A model generated the notes under the pieces. That model made no database searches and had not been told where the DNA came from. It worked only from the letters and a program-made list of their open reading frames with translations. A stretch of DNA of 64,000 bases from NCBI GenBank assembly GCA_965202655.1, contig CBDBBK010000001.1:296797-360796 (forward strand). Direction: 5' to 3'. Each line of letters begins with the position of its first letter. The first letter of the stretch is position 1. Positions 43,428-53,833 of the stretch are shown piece by piece. The DNA is from Vicinamibacterales bacterium (GTDB lineage Bacteria > Acidobacteriota > Vicinamibacteria > Vicinamibacterales > UBA8438). The position numbers and the translations under genes are program-made.

Positions 43428-46394
43428 TCAAGTCAACTGGCGGCTCGCCAGGTCGCGGAAAATGCCCGGCGTCTCGATCAGTTGTGCAAAGGTCCCTTGC
43501 TGCGCCACCCGGCCCTCGTCGAGCACGTAGATGCGGTCCACGTTGCGGATTGTGGACAGCCGGTGCGCGATGACGATGCGGGTGACGGCTAGTTCCTCGA
43601 TTCGCTCCATGATCGTCGCCTGCGTGTCGTTGTCGAGCCAACTGGTGGCCTCGTCGAGCAGCAGCACGCGCGGACTCCGCACCAGGGCTGCAGCCAGCAT
43701 GATGCGCTGGACCTGCCCGCCTGAGAACACCGCCGAGTTCTCGGTGATGACGGTGAACATGCCCATCGGCATCGACCTGATGTCGCGGTCGACCGCGGCA
43801 AGGCGGGCGGCGCGCCAGGCGTCGTCCAGCGTCAGGTCCGTTGCTATGCCGATGATGTTGTCGCAAACCGTCCGGGGTCGCAACGAGCTGTCTTGCGTCA
43901 CCACGCCGACCTGTTGAGTCAGGGCGCGGCGGTTGATGCGGTCGAGATCGTGGCCGTCGTAGTACACGACGCCGGACGACGGCTTCTCGAGTCCAAGGAT
44001 AATGCGCAGCATGGTGCTCTTGCCGGCGCCGGAACCGCCGACCAGGGCAACGAACTCGCCGGGCTGCACATCGATGGAAACATCGCGCAGCACCGGAGGG
44101 CCTCCCTCGGTATAGCGGAAACTGACCCTGTCCAGGCGTACGCCGCCGCGCAACTCCGGCAGGAGGGCGTCCCCGGCGGTGCTCTTCGGCGCCGCTTCGA
44201 GGATCGGAGAAACCTGTTCGACGGCCGGTACGATGGCCGCCACACCGGACATGGAGTGGCCGAGCGCGGTAATCGCCGACATGAAGACCATGTAGGCCGC
44301 GTAGACGGTCAGGAAGGCGCCTGCGGACAGTGCGGCGGGACCCATTTCGACGGCCACGGCGAAAAGCGCGGCGGTAGCCAGCAGTGGCGCTGCGGCCGTG
44401 AACGCGACCAGGTGTTCGTGCAGGGCGCCGACCTTCATCGCGCTGCGCGTCTGTTCCCGGTAGTCTCGCGCCCACCGTGTGAATGCCGTCCATTCCTTCC
44501 CGGCGGCGCGCAGTTTGTGCGCGGCGCCGATCAACTGCAGCAGGACGCCGGCGAGCGAGCGCTGCGCGGCGACCAGCCGTCGGTGATGAGGTACTTGCCG
44601 TGCGCCTAGCGTGATGGTCACGGCCAGCGCGACAAGGCCGCCTGCAAGACCCAGCCACCCCATCGCGACGTCGTAGACGAACAGCAGGACGAACGTTGGT
44701 AGCAGGAAAACGGTCGACAGCAGAGCCCCCATGACGACGCCCGACACCTGATCGCGCAGGCCCTGGAACGCCATGGCGCGCATTGCCAGGTCGCCGGACG
44801 TGAAGTCGCGGAAGAAGGCTGCTGGCAGGTCCAGCAGGCGGTCCCACAACGCCGCCGTGATGCGCGCGGTGACGCGACCCTCCAGACGCATCAGGGCCGT
44901 GCCTTCACGCACCTGGAGCAAGGCCGCCGCCAGCGCCAGCAACAGCATCCCCGCCGTCAGCCAGGCCAGCATGTCCACGCGCCCCGCCGGCGCCACCTCG
45001 TCGGCGAAGACGCCAAGCAGGACCGCGGGAACGAGCATGGCGAGACCGGACAGCAGTCCAGCCGTTACGAACCTGAACACGTCGCCTTTCCACCGGCGGA
45101 ACGCGACCCGGACCAGGTCGCGGGCGCCCGACGTCCGACCAGGAGGTAACGACTGATAGAAGAAGATCGCATTCGAGCGCAGCAGGGCGGCCCTACCGGC
45201 ATTGACAGGCTGTGCCCGTCCCGTTGTCGGGTCCACCATGCGGTAGCGCCCGAAGCGGCCCGGAAGCAGGGCGATCGGCGCGCCGTCCTCGCGCCGGAAC
45301 GCCAGCATCGAGCCGCTGTCGCCAAGCCACCAGCGATCGCTTGCGCGGAGCGCGACCTCGCGGCCGCGTACTCCAGACGCGGTCAGAATACGACCCAGGG
45401 ATTGACCGGTCTCGGGGTCATTCTGGCTGCCCTGTGGGGCAGGCAGCGTCTGGAACCGAATGCCCTCGTGGCGCCCAACCAGGACCAGCGCCGCCTGCAG
45501 GGCGCCGCCGCTCGATTTCGGCCGGGAGCCGCGCGCGTCGTTTACGTCAAAAAGTCTTCGGCGCGCTGCATCTTCGCTTTCCCGGCGATATCGCGTTTGC
45601 GCGGCGCGCAGGTTCGCCGCATCGGCCAACAACAGGCGGCGGTTGAGGTCGTCGGCGGCTAGCGCCAAGCGCTGGAATTCGGCCAGCGCCGCCAAGAGGC
45701 GCCCCGCGCGATGCAACTCCCGAGAGGAAGCGCCCTGCAGCCGGGTCGGGTTGGAAACGCTGACCCAACTGCCGGGCGCCATGGGCACGAAGCCGGAGTC
45801 GGTCCGGCCAGGCTCCTCGGTGCCGAGGAATGCGAGGCCGCCATCCCTGCTTGACGTCCAGACGACGCCGCGCTTGGCGGAAACGACCGCGCCAGGATCC
45901 AAGTCCACCGTGGCGCCGGCGGAAAGAAAACACTCGGTGTGCGGCCGATGCGTCACGTCCAGAGCTACGGTGGCCGAGATTTCGGCGATCCAGAGATCCA
46001 CCTGATCGACGACGGCGCCGCCCTCGTCCGCCGCCAGGAGGTCGTCGCGCGACACGCGCCGCAGTTCGGAATCGGACAGCCCCTTCGCGACAAGCGCGTT
46101 CGGCCCTTCTGCAGTCGGGAATAGGAGACGGCCGCGCGCCGCGCGAAGGAGGTGCTTGAACTCAACGAATTCGCCGTCCTGCTCGCGCGCCACGAACACG
46201 TTCACCGAACCGCGGGCGATGAACCACAGGGCATCGGGATCGTCGAGGCGAACGGGCCGGTTGCCACCGCCCGCGAACGGCGTGCCGTGCGCCAGGGCGA
46301 AGTTCGCCAGCCATTCGGCGGCAGCGTCAACTGCGGCGTCCGAGACCCGCAAGCCGGTGGGAACGTGCTTCCGTCCGGGGGCTTCCGCCATCAC
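43428..46394 (-). CDS. NHLP-type bacteriocin export ABC transporter, permease/ATPase subunit with a long N-terminal extension (possible cNMP-binding-like domain)
   Basis: 988 aa. The N-terminal ~300 aa include LWFIARGSVNVFVAREQDGEFVEFKHL, which looks jelly-roll-like. A 6-TM block follows, then Walker A GGSGAGKST, signature FSGGQVQR and LLLDEAT. GTG 46394 or ATG 46391 abuts the TAG of the upstream gene. Confidence 0.85.
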   Translation of the reverse strand: MMAEAPGRKHVPTGLRVSDAAVDAAAEWLANFALAHGTPFAGGGNRPVRLDDPDALWFIARGSVNVFVAREQDGEFVEFKHLLRAARGRLLFPTAEGPNALVAKGLSDSELRRVSRDDLLAADEGGAVVDQVDLWIAEISATVALDVTHRPHTECFLSAGATVDLDPGAVVSAKRGVVWTSSRDGGLAFLGTEEPGRTDSGFVPMAPGSWVSVSNPTRLQGASSRELHRAGRLLAALAEFQRLALAADDLNRRLLLADAANLRAAQTRYRRESEDAARRRLFDVNDARGSRPKSSGGALQAALVLVGRHEGIRFQTLPAPQGSQNDPETGQSLGRILTASGVRGREVALRASDRWWLGDSGSMLAFRREDGAPIALLPGRFGRYRMVDPTTGRAQPVNAGRAALLRSNAIFFYQSLPPGRTSGARDLVRVAFRRWKGDVFRFVTAGLLSGLAMLVPAVLLGVFADEVAPAGRVDMLAWLTAGMLLLALAAALLQVREGTALMRLEGRVTARITAALWDRLLDLPAAFFRDFTSGDLAMRAMAFQGLRDQVSGVVMGALLSTVFLLPTFVLLFVYDVAMGWLGLAGGLVALAVTITLGARQVPHHRRLVAAQRSLAGVLLQLIGAAHKLRAAGKEWTAFTRWARDYREQTRSAMKVGALHEHLVAFTAAAPLLATAALFAVAVEMGPAALSAGAFLTVYAAYMVFMSAITALGHSMSGVAAIVPAVEQVSPILEAAPKSTAGDALLPELRGGVRLDRVSFRYTEGGPPVLRDVSIDVQPGEFVALVGGSGAGKSTMLRIILGLEKPSSGVVYYDGHDLDRINRRALTQQVGVVTQDSSLRPRTVCDNIIGIATDLTLDDAWRAARLAAVDRDIRSMPMGMFTVITENSAVFSGGQVQRIMLAAALVRSPRVLLLDEATSWLDNDTQATIMERIEELAVTRIVIAHRLSTIRNVDRIYVLDEGRVAQQGTFAQLIETPGIFRDLASRQLT

Positions 46395-48586
46395 TACTCG
46401 GCCTCCATCAGTCGACGGTACAGGCCGTCGTCATCTTCCATCAGTTCCTGATGGGTGCCGCGCTGGGCTTCCCGACCGCGGTCGAGCACGACGATCAGAT
46501 CGCTGTCCCGGATCGTGCTCAGGCGATGGGCGATGATCAGGCAGGTGATGCCGCGGCTGCGCAAGGCATCGTCGATACGCAGCTCGGCGATCGGATCGAG
46601 AGCGCAGGTGGCCTCGTCGAGAATCAGAACGGTTGGATTCGACACCAGCGCCCTGGCGATTTCGAGGCGCTGCTGCTGGCCGCCGCTGAAGTTGCGCCCA
46701 CCCTCCAGTACGGGAGCGTCGTAACCCCGGGGCAGGGCGGTGATCTCCGCATGGATGTCGGCATCCCTGGCCGCGGCCACTAAGTCCTGATCCGGCGTTT
46801 CCCGATCCCACATGGTCAGGTTGTCGCGCACCGAGCCGGCGAACAGGAAGATGTGCTGGTCGACAAGCGATACCGAGTCCGTCAGAAGATCGCGCGGCAC
46901 CTCGGCGAGGGCCTGACCGTCGAACAGGATCTCGCCGGACCAGGGCCGATGGGTTCCCGTCACCAGAGACACCAGCGTGGACTTCCCCGAACCACTCGGC
47001 CCGACGACGGCTACGCGCTGGCCGGGTTCGACGACCAGACTGAAGTCCTTGACCAGGGGTTCCCCGGTGTTCTTGTAGCCGAACGTCACGTTCCGCAACT
47101 CCACCCGTCCTGTCAGTCGCAACCGCTTGGCGAACGCCGGCGGCCGTTCGGCCAGCTCTTCGTCGCACTTGGCCAGGACGGCGTCCTCTGGCGCGTCGAA
47201 GACATCGTCGAGGCGCTGCAGGTGGCCCTCGAGCACCTGGAACAGGTCCGCGAACTGCACGAACCGCCCGATCGGCAGCAGGAAACTCGCCGCCAACACG
47301 TAAAAGGCCATCATCGCACCCAGCGTCATGTCGCCCGACATCACGCGCACGCCACCCAGGCCGAGCACGGCGGCGTTGCCGGTGATCAGGAACAGACCCG
47401 GCAGCGCCGCAATCACGTGGCCAAGCTCGGTGAAGCGCTGTCGGGCCAGCAGCTCGCGGGCCTGATAGCCGGTGAAGTGGACGAAGAAATCGTTCTCGCC
47501 AGCTATCGCCTGCAGCCTGTCGATGGAGCGCAATCCACTCATCCCGGCCCCCTGCATGTTGCCGGCCTCGCGCTGCAGTAGGCGGTTCTCCTCGATCCGC
47601 GAGCGGGTCACCGCTCGGGTCAGAAGAGCGCTCGCCGCACCCAGTGCGACCACTACCCCGGCCAGCAGCGGGTCGTAAACGATCATCAGCACCACGAACA
47701 GGAGGCTGGTGACCAGTTCGATGCCGACACCCGCGAACTGGCCCGTCGCCACGGCGGCGACTTCGTTGATGGACTGCATCCTCGCGGTCAGATCTCCGGC
47801 GTAGCGGTGGGCGAAGAACTCCGTGCGTAACCGGAAGAGGTGAGTGATGAAGTAGTCGGCACGACCAAGCGAAAGCCGCACCGAGAGCAGGCGCAGGCAG
47901 CGCTCCCGCAGCCACGTGAGCAGGTAGACAAGCCCGGCCGCTACCGTCGCGCCGATGACCAGCCCCCCGCCCCACGAGGGCTCTCGACCGCTCAGCACGT
48001 AGTCTACGAACACGTTGAGCAACAGCGGCAAGGCCAGCGCCGTCAACGACAGCAGCAACCCGCAGGTGGACGCGAAGGCAAGAGGCGCCTTGCCTTCCCG
48101 CAACCAGGGCCAGAGCCGGCGCAAGACGCCAGGCCTGCGTCCACCCGGCTCGAAGTCCGCGCCCGGCTCGAAACTCACGGCCACGCCGGTGAACCGCTTG
48201 CCGAACTCGTCCTCGTCGACCGTCCTGCGTCCACCGTTGGGATCGTTGATGTAGTAGCGGCCGCGCGCATAGCCCTCCAGCACCAGGAAATGGCCGAAGT
48301 CCCAGAACAGGATGAGCGGCATGGGCATGGCATGGAGCTGATGGGGCTCCCTGCGCCAGCCTTGCGGTTCGAGGCCGAAGTGCCTGGCGGCTCGCAAGAG
48401 GTCGACGCCGTCGCAGCCGTCGCGAGTCACGTCGCAGACCGCGCGCAGGTCTTCTATCGGCACCCAGCGGCCAAAGAACGCGAGCACGATGCCGAGGCTG
48501 ATCGCGCCGCACTCGGCGGCGTCGTTCTGCAGCAGCGTCGGCGTGCGCACGCGGCCCCGGCGTTTGGGGTTGACCGCGAAACCCAT
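46394..48586 (-). CDS. NHLP-type bacteriocin export ABC transporter with N-terminal C39 peptidase domain
   Basis: ORF 46394..48754 trimmed to ATG 48586, which shares one nucleotide with the HlyD stop. C39 motifs: QNDAAECGAISLGIVL (Cys), GHFLVLEGY (His), YINDPNGG (Asp). TM block; GPSGSGKST; FSGGQQQR; ILILDEAT. Confidence 0.9.
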   Translation of the reverse strand: MGFAVNPKRRGRVRTPTLLQNDAAECGAISLGIVLAFFGRWVPIEDLRAVCDVTRDGCDGVDLLRAARHFGLEPQGWRREPHQLHAMPMPLILFWDFGHFLVLEGYARGRYYINDPNGGRRTVDEDEFGKRFTGVAVSFEPGADFEPGGRRPGVLRRLWPWLREGKAPLAFASTCGLLLSLTALALPLLLNVFVDYVLSGREPSWGGGLVIGATVAAGLVYLLTWLRERCLRLLSVRLSLGRADYFITHLFRLRTEFFAHRYAGDLTARMQSINEVAAVATGQFAGVGIELVTSLLFVVLMIVYDPLLAGVVVALGAASALLTRAVTRSRIEENRLLQREAGNMQGAGMSGLRSIDRLQAIAGENDFFVHFTGYQARELLARQRFTELGHVIAALPGLFLITGNAAVLGLGGVRVMSGDMTLGAMMAFYVLAASFLLPIGRFVQFADLFQVLEGHLQRLDDVFDAPEDAVLAKCDEELAERPPAFAKRLRLTGRVELRNVTFGYKNTGEPLVKDFSLVVEPGQRVAVVGPSGSGKSTLVSLVTGTHRPWSGEILFDGQALAEVPRDLLTDSVSLVDQHIFLFAGSVRDNLTMWDRETPDQDLVAAARDADIHAEITALPRGYDAPVLEGGRNFSGGQQQRLEIARALVSNPTVLILDEATCALDPIAELRIDDALRSRGITCLIIAHRLSTIRDSDLIVVLDRGREAQRGTHQELMEDDDGLYRRLMEAE

Positions 48587-49404
48587 CAGTCGCCGCCGTT
48601 CCCGAAGAGCAGCGAGGCGAATGAACGGTGGCCGAGGACGATCCGCATCGTGCCGATGGCGCCATCGATGATCGACCGCGGTTCCGGGTCCGTCAGTGTC
48701 GCGCGCAGCAGATGGGCACGTACCGGTGGCTCGAGCCCGAACTCGGTCAGCCACGGCGCCGGCGGTACGACGCGGGGGGATACGCGCTCGACGCGCGCCG
48801 ACAGGATTCGAGTTGCGCCCGTGCCGGGCACGATCAGGCGCACCTGCGCCTGCATGCCAGGCGCAAGCTGCAGGGCCTCGTCGCGCGTGACGAACGCGAT
48901 CGCCTCCATGTGACCGGCGGACGCCGTGCGAATACGGGCCGCGAGTTCGCCGGCCGCGACCCGCTGGCCCGCCGTCAGGGGCAGCGTCACGAGTTCGCCG
49001 TCAGCCGAAGCCACGATATCGTGTGTCGTGAAGTTGTCGGCCCCGCCTTGCGCAGTCTCGGAGCGCGGGGCGGCAGGGGCGCGGAGGACAGGCGTTTGCA
49101 CGCGCGCGATGGACTGACCCTGCGCCACCGTGTCGCCGACCTCCGAGAACACATCGACGACCACGCCGGGCGCGCCGGCAACCACGGCAACGCGCTCCCC
49201 GGGCTGGACCAGCACCGTCTCGACAGAAAGGCTGCGCTCCACCCGCCCGATCAGGCCATAGGCCAGCAGGGCGACCAGCACCACGCCCAGTCCCGACACC
49301 AACAGCCACTCGTGGGGCGCCGTAACCTGTAGCCTGGCGTCGATGGCCTCCCGCTCCGCACGTTGGGCCAACGCCTTCTCACGGAACACGGTTTGGAACT
49401 GCAA
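48586..49404 (-). CDS. NHLP-type bacteriocin system HlyD-family secretion protein
   Basis: FREKALAQRAEREAIDARLQVTAPHEWLLVSGLGVVLVALLAYGLIG is an N-terminal anchor. Barrel-sandwich/lipoyl-like segments follow (PGVVVDVFSEVGDTVAQGQSIARV). About 270 aa, as in the short NHLM HlyD proteins. Confidence 0.8.
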   Translation of the reverse strand: MQFQTVFREKALAQRAEREAIDARLQVTAPHEWLLVSGLGVVLVALLAYGLIGRVERSLSVETVLVQPGERVAVVAGAPGVVVDVFSEVGDTVAQGQSIARVQTPVLRAPAAPRSETAQGGADNFTTHDIVASADGELVTLPLTAGQRVAAGELAARIRTASAGHMEAIAFVTRDEALQLAPGMQAQVRLIVPGTGATRILSARVERVSPRVVPPAPWLTEFGLEPPVRAHLLRATLTDPEPRSIIDGAIGTMRIVLGHRSFASLLFGNGGD

Positions 49405-49414
49405 GGGTCGATCC

Positions 49415-52400
49415 TCAAGCGACAGATTTTGGCCGAGACCCGTCCGACGCGCGCGCCCCGCCCGGCGCGAACGATGCCGACAAGCGCCCCGGCAGACGCT
49501 GCAGATCGTCGAGAATCAGGTACGAGGTCGGCACCAGGAAGAGCGTGACCAACGTAGCGAACAACACGCCGAACGCCAGCGAGGCGGCCATCGGAACGAA
49601 GAGCGAAGCCTGCAGACTCCGATCCAGCATCATCGGACCGAGCCCCACGAACGTGGTCAGTGACGTCAGCAGGATGGGGCGGAACCGCCGGCTGCCCGCT
49701 TCTCGAATCGCTTGCGCAAGGCTGGCGCCCGACCGCTGAACTCGCGCCCGGTTGATGAAGTCAACCATGAGCAGACTGTCGTTGACGACCACTCCGGTCA
49801 GGGCCACCAGGCCGAACACCGAGGTGAACGACAATGCGATGCCGAGCAGCATGTGGCCCCAAATTGCCCCGACGAAGGCGAACGGGATGGCGCCCATGAC
49901 GATGACTGGCTGGATGTACGATCGCAGCGGGATGGCGAGAAGCCCGAAGATCGCGATCACCGCGAGGACGAACCCGGTCGCCAACGCTTCCGTGGTGTTC
50001 TGCTGCTCGGCTTGGGCGCCCTCGAAACTGTTGTGAACACCTGGGAAGTCGGCGAGCACGTCGGGGAGGATGCGTGCGCGGAGATCGGCGACGATCTCCG
50101 AGGCGGATGCCCCCGGGGCGACCGACGCCGTCACATCCACGGTGCGGTTGCCGTCGACACGCGTAATCGATGGCAAGCCGTGCGCGGCCTCCAGCCGCAC
50201 TACCTGACCGAACGGCACCTGCCCGCCATCCGGCGTGCGGATGCGCATGTTCTCGAGATTACCGAGTGACCGTCTGTCGTCACGTGGATAGCGGACCATG
50301 ACACGGATGTTGTCCCGGCCGCGCTGGATGCGCTGCGCCTCCTCGCCGTAGAACGCTTGCCGCACCTGGTGGCCGAGATCCTGCCGGCGTAACCCCAGCC
50401 CTTCGGCTGCTGGCCGGATGTCGAGCCGCATCTCCGTCCTCGGGGTGCGAAACGAATCGGCGATTCCATAGACACCCGCATACTCCGCCAGCCGGCCCGC
50501 GAGGGCGCCGGCGGCAGAATGCAGCGCGTCCACGTCCTGTCCTGCGAGCTCCACGTCGACGGACTCGCTCGTACTCATCAGTGAAGCAATAAGGCCCACC
50601 GAGTCGGCTTCCGGGATGGGGCCGGTATGCTCAAGCCACAGGATGCCGAGCTCCTCGCTCGTGTACGAACGATACTCCGGTGATGCGAGCTCGATCGTGA
50701 CTTCGGCAAGGTGCGGCGCGTTGGCAGGGTTGCCTGTCCGACCCGTGGGGCTGGCGCTGGCCGCCGCCAGCCCCTGGTCGCCGATCATCGTCGCCACGTG
50801 CCGGAAGTGGTCCATGCCCGTCTCTTCTTCAAGGCTGGCGCGCAACCGCAGGGCGCCGGCCTCGAACTTCTCGACCGTCCGCAAAGTGGCCTCGATCGGC
50901 GTGCCAAGCGGCATCGTCACCGCGGCCGTAACAAACTCGGACTCGACGGATGGAAAGAAACGCAAGGCGAGCCGACCGCTCAAGGCAAGGGCCCCGCTCA
51001 GCATCAAGGCGGCGATCCCGATCGCGGCCGTGACATACCGCCAGCGCAAGGCCACTTCCAGCAGCGGCTCGTAGACCGACCGGGCGACCCACACGAGCCC
51101 GTCCGCGATGCGCTGCTGAAACCCCAACCATGAGCCGGCCGCCCGCCGCCGGCGGGCGTGCGCCAGGTGGGCAGGCAGGATACCCAGCGATTCGAGCAAC
51201 GAGAAAAGCAGGCAGGGGACGACGACAAGCGGAATGACCCCGAACATGTCCCCCGCGAGGCCGGGCACGAACAGCAGTGGCAGAAACGCCACCACCGTTG
51301 TCAGGACCGCGAAGATGACGGGCCTGTAAATCTCTCGCACACCCTCCACCGCGCCGCGCAGACTGTCCCCTTCTGCTCGCTGATGGCGGTAGATGTTCTC
51401 ACCGACGATGATGGCGTCGTCGACGACGATGCCGAGCACCAGGAGGAATGCGAAGCTGGAGACCATGTTTATCGACACGCCCAGCCCCGGCATCAGCGCG
51501 ATGGCCCCTAGGAACGCGATCGGTATTCCGAGGCTGACCCAGATGGCGAGCCGAATCTCGAGAAACAACGCCAGCACGACGAGAACGAGCGCCAGCCCGG
51601 CAGCGCCGTTGCGCAGCATGATCGCCAGCCGGTCGTCGATCGCCAGCGACTGATCCTGCCAGATGGTCAGCGCAATGCCGTCAGGCAACCGCGGGCGGAG
51701 GCCGTCGATGTAGTCGTGCACGGCGGCCGAGGTGTCCTTCGTGCTCTGGCTGCCGGGCCGGAAGACGGACAGCATGACGGCCGGAGTCTGGTTGAAGCGG
51801 GCGAGCTGTTCCGTTTCGGCGAAACCGTCGACGACGGTCGCCACGTCACCCAGCAACAGGCGGGTGCCGTCGCGCCGCGCCAACAACACGAGGTTCTCGT
51901 ACTCGGCTCCCCGGTAGGCTTGCCCGATGGTGCGGAGCAGGATGTCTCCCCCTTCACTGCGGACCGCGCCGCCGGGAATATCGAGCGAGGAGCGCCGCAC
52001 GGCGTTGGTCACATCGTCGAATGTCAGTCGGTGCGCGCGCAGCGCCGCCTCCGACACCTCGATGGAAATTTCATACGGTGGGACGCCGACTACGTCTACC
52101 TGGTTGACCTCCGACAGGGTGAGCACTTCGTTGCGCACCTGTTCGGCGACCGACTTCAAGGTGGCGACGTCGACGGCGCCGGAGATGGCAATGACGAGAA
52201 CTTGATTGCGGACGATCGGCTTGCGGATGAGCGGCTCTTCAGTGGCGGCCGGAAACGTCGTGATCGCCTGGACAGCGGTGGTGACCTCGTCCAACACGCG
52301 CTGGGCGTTGGCGCCGAGCTCAAGATCGAGCTGGACCGACGCACGGCCCGGGCTCGCCGTCGACCGGATCTGCCTGATGCCCTGGATGTTCCGAACGGCC

Positions 52401-52615
52401 TCCTCGATCCGCAGGATGACCCCTGCCTCCACATCCTCGGGCGCCGCGCCGAGAAAGGGCACGTCAATGCCGATCACATCCAGATCGGCTTGCGGAAACG
52501 CCTCGTCGACAACCTCCGTGGATGCCATCAGGCCGGCCGCCACGAAGACAACCATCAGGAGGTTGGCGGCGACCGGGTTGCGCGCCAGCCATGCAATGCC
52601 GCCGTTCAACGCCAT
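49415..52615 (-). CDS. RND-family efflux transporter permease (AcrB/HAE-type)
   Basis: 1066 aa. IAWLARNPVAANLLMV start, 12-TM architecture, two large periplasmic loops, and VVDDAIIVGENI and VVNDSLLMVDFI motifs. AGGTGA SD. It begins 15 nt after the desaturase stop and ends 10 nt before the HlyD start. Confidence 0.9.
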   Translation of the reverse strand: MALNGGIAWLARNPVAANLLMVVFVAAGLMASTEVVDEAFPQADLDVIGIDVPFLGAAPEDVEAGVILRIEEAVRNIQGIRQIRSTASPGRASVQLDLELGANAQRVLDEVTTAVQAITTFPAATEEPLIRKPIVRNQVLVIAISGAVDVATLKSVAEQVRNEVLTLSEVNQVDVVGVPPYEISIEVSEAALRAHRLTFDDVTNAVRRSSLDIPGGAVRSEGGDILLRTIGQAYRGAEYENLVLLARRDGTRLLLGDVATVVDGFAETEQLARFNQTPAVMLSVFRPGSQSTKDTSAAVHDYIDGLRPRLPDGIALTIWQDQSLAIDDRLAIMLRNGAAGLALVLVVLALFLEIRLAIWVSLGIPIAFLGAIALMPGLGVSINMVSSFAFLLVLGIVVDDAIIVGENIYRHQRAEGDSLRGAVEGVREIYRPVIFAVLTTVVAFLPLLFVPGLAGDMFGVIPLVVVPCLLFSLLESLGILPAHLAHARRRRAAGSWLGFQQRIADGLVWVARSVYEPLLEVALRWRYVTAAIGIAALMLSGALALSGRLALRFFPSVESEFVTAAVTMPLGTPIEATLRTVEKFEAGALRLRASLEEETGMDHFRHVATMIGDQGLAAASASPTGRTGNPANAPHLAEVTIELASPEYRSYTSEELGILWLEHTGPIPEADSVGLIASLMSTSESVDVELAGQDVDALHSAAGALAGRLAEYAGVYGIADSFRTPRTEMRLDIRPAAEGLGLRRQDLGHQVRQAFYGEEAQRIQRGRDNIRVMVRYPRDDRRSLGNLENMRIRTPDGGQVPFGQVVRLEAAHGLPSITRVDGNRTVDVTASVAPGASASEIVADLRARILPDVLADFPGVHNSFEGAQAEQQNTTEALATGFVLAVIAIFGLLAIPLRSYIQPVIVMGAIPFAFVGAIWGHMLLGIALSFTSVFGLVALTGVVVNDSLLMVDFINRARVQRSGASLAQAIREAGSRRFRPILLTSLTTFVGLGPMMLDRSLQASLFVPMAASLAFGVLFATLVTLFLVPTSYLILDDLQRLPGRLSASFAPGGARASDGSRPKSVA

Positions 52616-52630
52616 GTCGCCAAATCACCT

Positions 52631-53812
52631 TCATCGACCCACGGCCATTGATTGGGCCGGCTCGCGGTACTCGCGACGGTATTCGCCGAACGAAATCAAC
52701 TTGCCGCGCCGCTCGTCCCAGAGCGCCAGAGGCAGTGCCTTCAACGCTTGCAACAACGTGATTCGGTGGGCGGACCACAGTGTCGGATTCTCGTCGTGAC
52801 AGCGCTGCAGGCGGTAGTTCGGAATGCGGGTGCTCAGATGGTGCACGTGGTGCAGACCGATACTGGCGGTCAGCCACTGCAGCGGTTTCGGGAGTGCGAG
52901 CCAGGATGAGCCTCGCAACCCGGCCTCGAAGAAGTCCCACTCGCCCGACCGGCGCCAGTAGGCGTCCTCGAACTGGTGCTGCGCGTGGTTGATCACGCCG
53001 GAGAACGCGCCTGCATACACCGCGATCATGCCTTGGATGATCACGACCTGCACGAGACTTTCAATCCCGGCGACAAGCCAGATGCCCACCAGCACCGCCG
53101 CCAGGGCGGCGTTGGTCCACCATACGGAGCGCCATTCCCGCGCCCAGGAAAGCGGTGCGGACGCGGGAAAACGGTTCACGAACAGGAACTGCGCCGGAAC
53201 CAGAACGCCGATCATCCAGGGGTTCCGTTGCAAGCGATACGCAAGCCGGCGCCACCATCCCAGTGCGCGGTACTCGGCGACCGTGAGCGTCGGGAGGTCA
53301 CTGCCCAACGGCTTGTCCAGGTTGCCGGAGTGGGCGTGGTGCTCTACGTGAATCCTTTTCGCGTAGTCGTAGGGCGTCAGGGCCACGCCCGCGACTACCC
53401 TGCCGACAACGTCGCACACCCGCTGCGACGTGAAGTACGAGTGGTGGCTGCAGTCATGCTGAATGATGATCAGCCGCACCATCAGACCCGCTGCTGGCAG
53501 CGCGACAATCGCCGTCAGCCAGTAGCCGACGTCCGCGCTCCGGAGCAGAACGGTCCACGCGACGCCGTACAATGCCAGGGTGACCGCCAGTTGCAGCAGA
53601 CTGCGACGGTTGTCCGGCCGCTCGTACGGCGCCAGAATGGATCTCGCACGTTCCTGCGAGATCGCGTTGCGGAGCAGCGTCTCAAGGGCGCCCGGTATCG
53701 CGTCAGCAGACTTGCCGGTCACCCCATCGCCTCCGCGACTCTTGAGCAAGTCCTTGCGGTCGAGTCGGATTCTGTCGGCAGCCGGTCTGGCGCATGTTTC
53801 GTCGGTCCGCAA
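52631..53812 (-). CDS. Membrane fatty-acid desaturase family protein
   Basis: His boxes HDCSHH, HVEHHAHSGN and HHVHH. The ORF starts at TTG 53812, but in-frame GTG 53722, which lies 7 nt after GGAGG, is a better-supported start. Confidence 0.8.
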   Translation of the reverse strand: MRTDETCARPAADRIRLDRKDLLKSRGGDGVTGKSADAIPGALETLLRNAISQERARSILAPYERPDNRRSLLQLAVTLALYGVAWTVLLRSADVGYWLTAIVALPAAGLMVRLIIIQHDCSHHSYFTSQRVCDVVGRVVAGVALTPYDYAKRIHVEHHAHSGNLDKPLGSDLPTLTVAEYRALGWWRRLAYRLQRNPWMIGVLVPAQFLFVNRFPASAPLSWAREWRSVWWTNAALAAVLVGIWLVAGIESLVQVVIIQGMIAVYAGAFSGVINHAQHQFEDAYWRRSGEWDFFEAGLRGSSWLALPKPLQWLTASIGLHHVHHLSTRIPNYRLQRCHDENPTLWSAHRITLLQALKALPLALWDERRGKLISFGEYRREYREPAQSMAVGR

Positions 53813-53833
53813 TCTGCACTAGAGCATTTTACA

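Noticed and set aside
41321-43530. Large overlapping ORFs 41321..43018(-) and 41731..43530(+)
   Set aside because: They lie in alternative frames of the flavoprotein and GT2 genes, which both carry clear family motifs. Their composition is typical of shadow ORFs.
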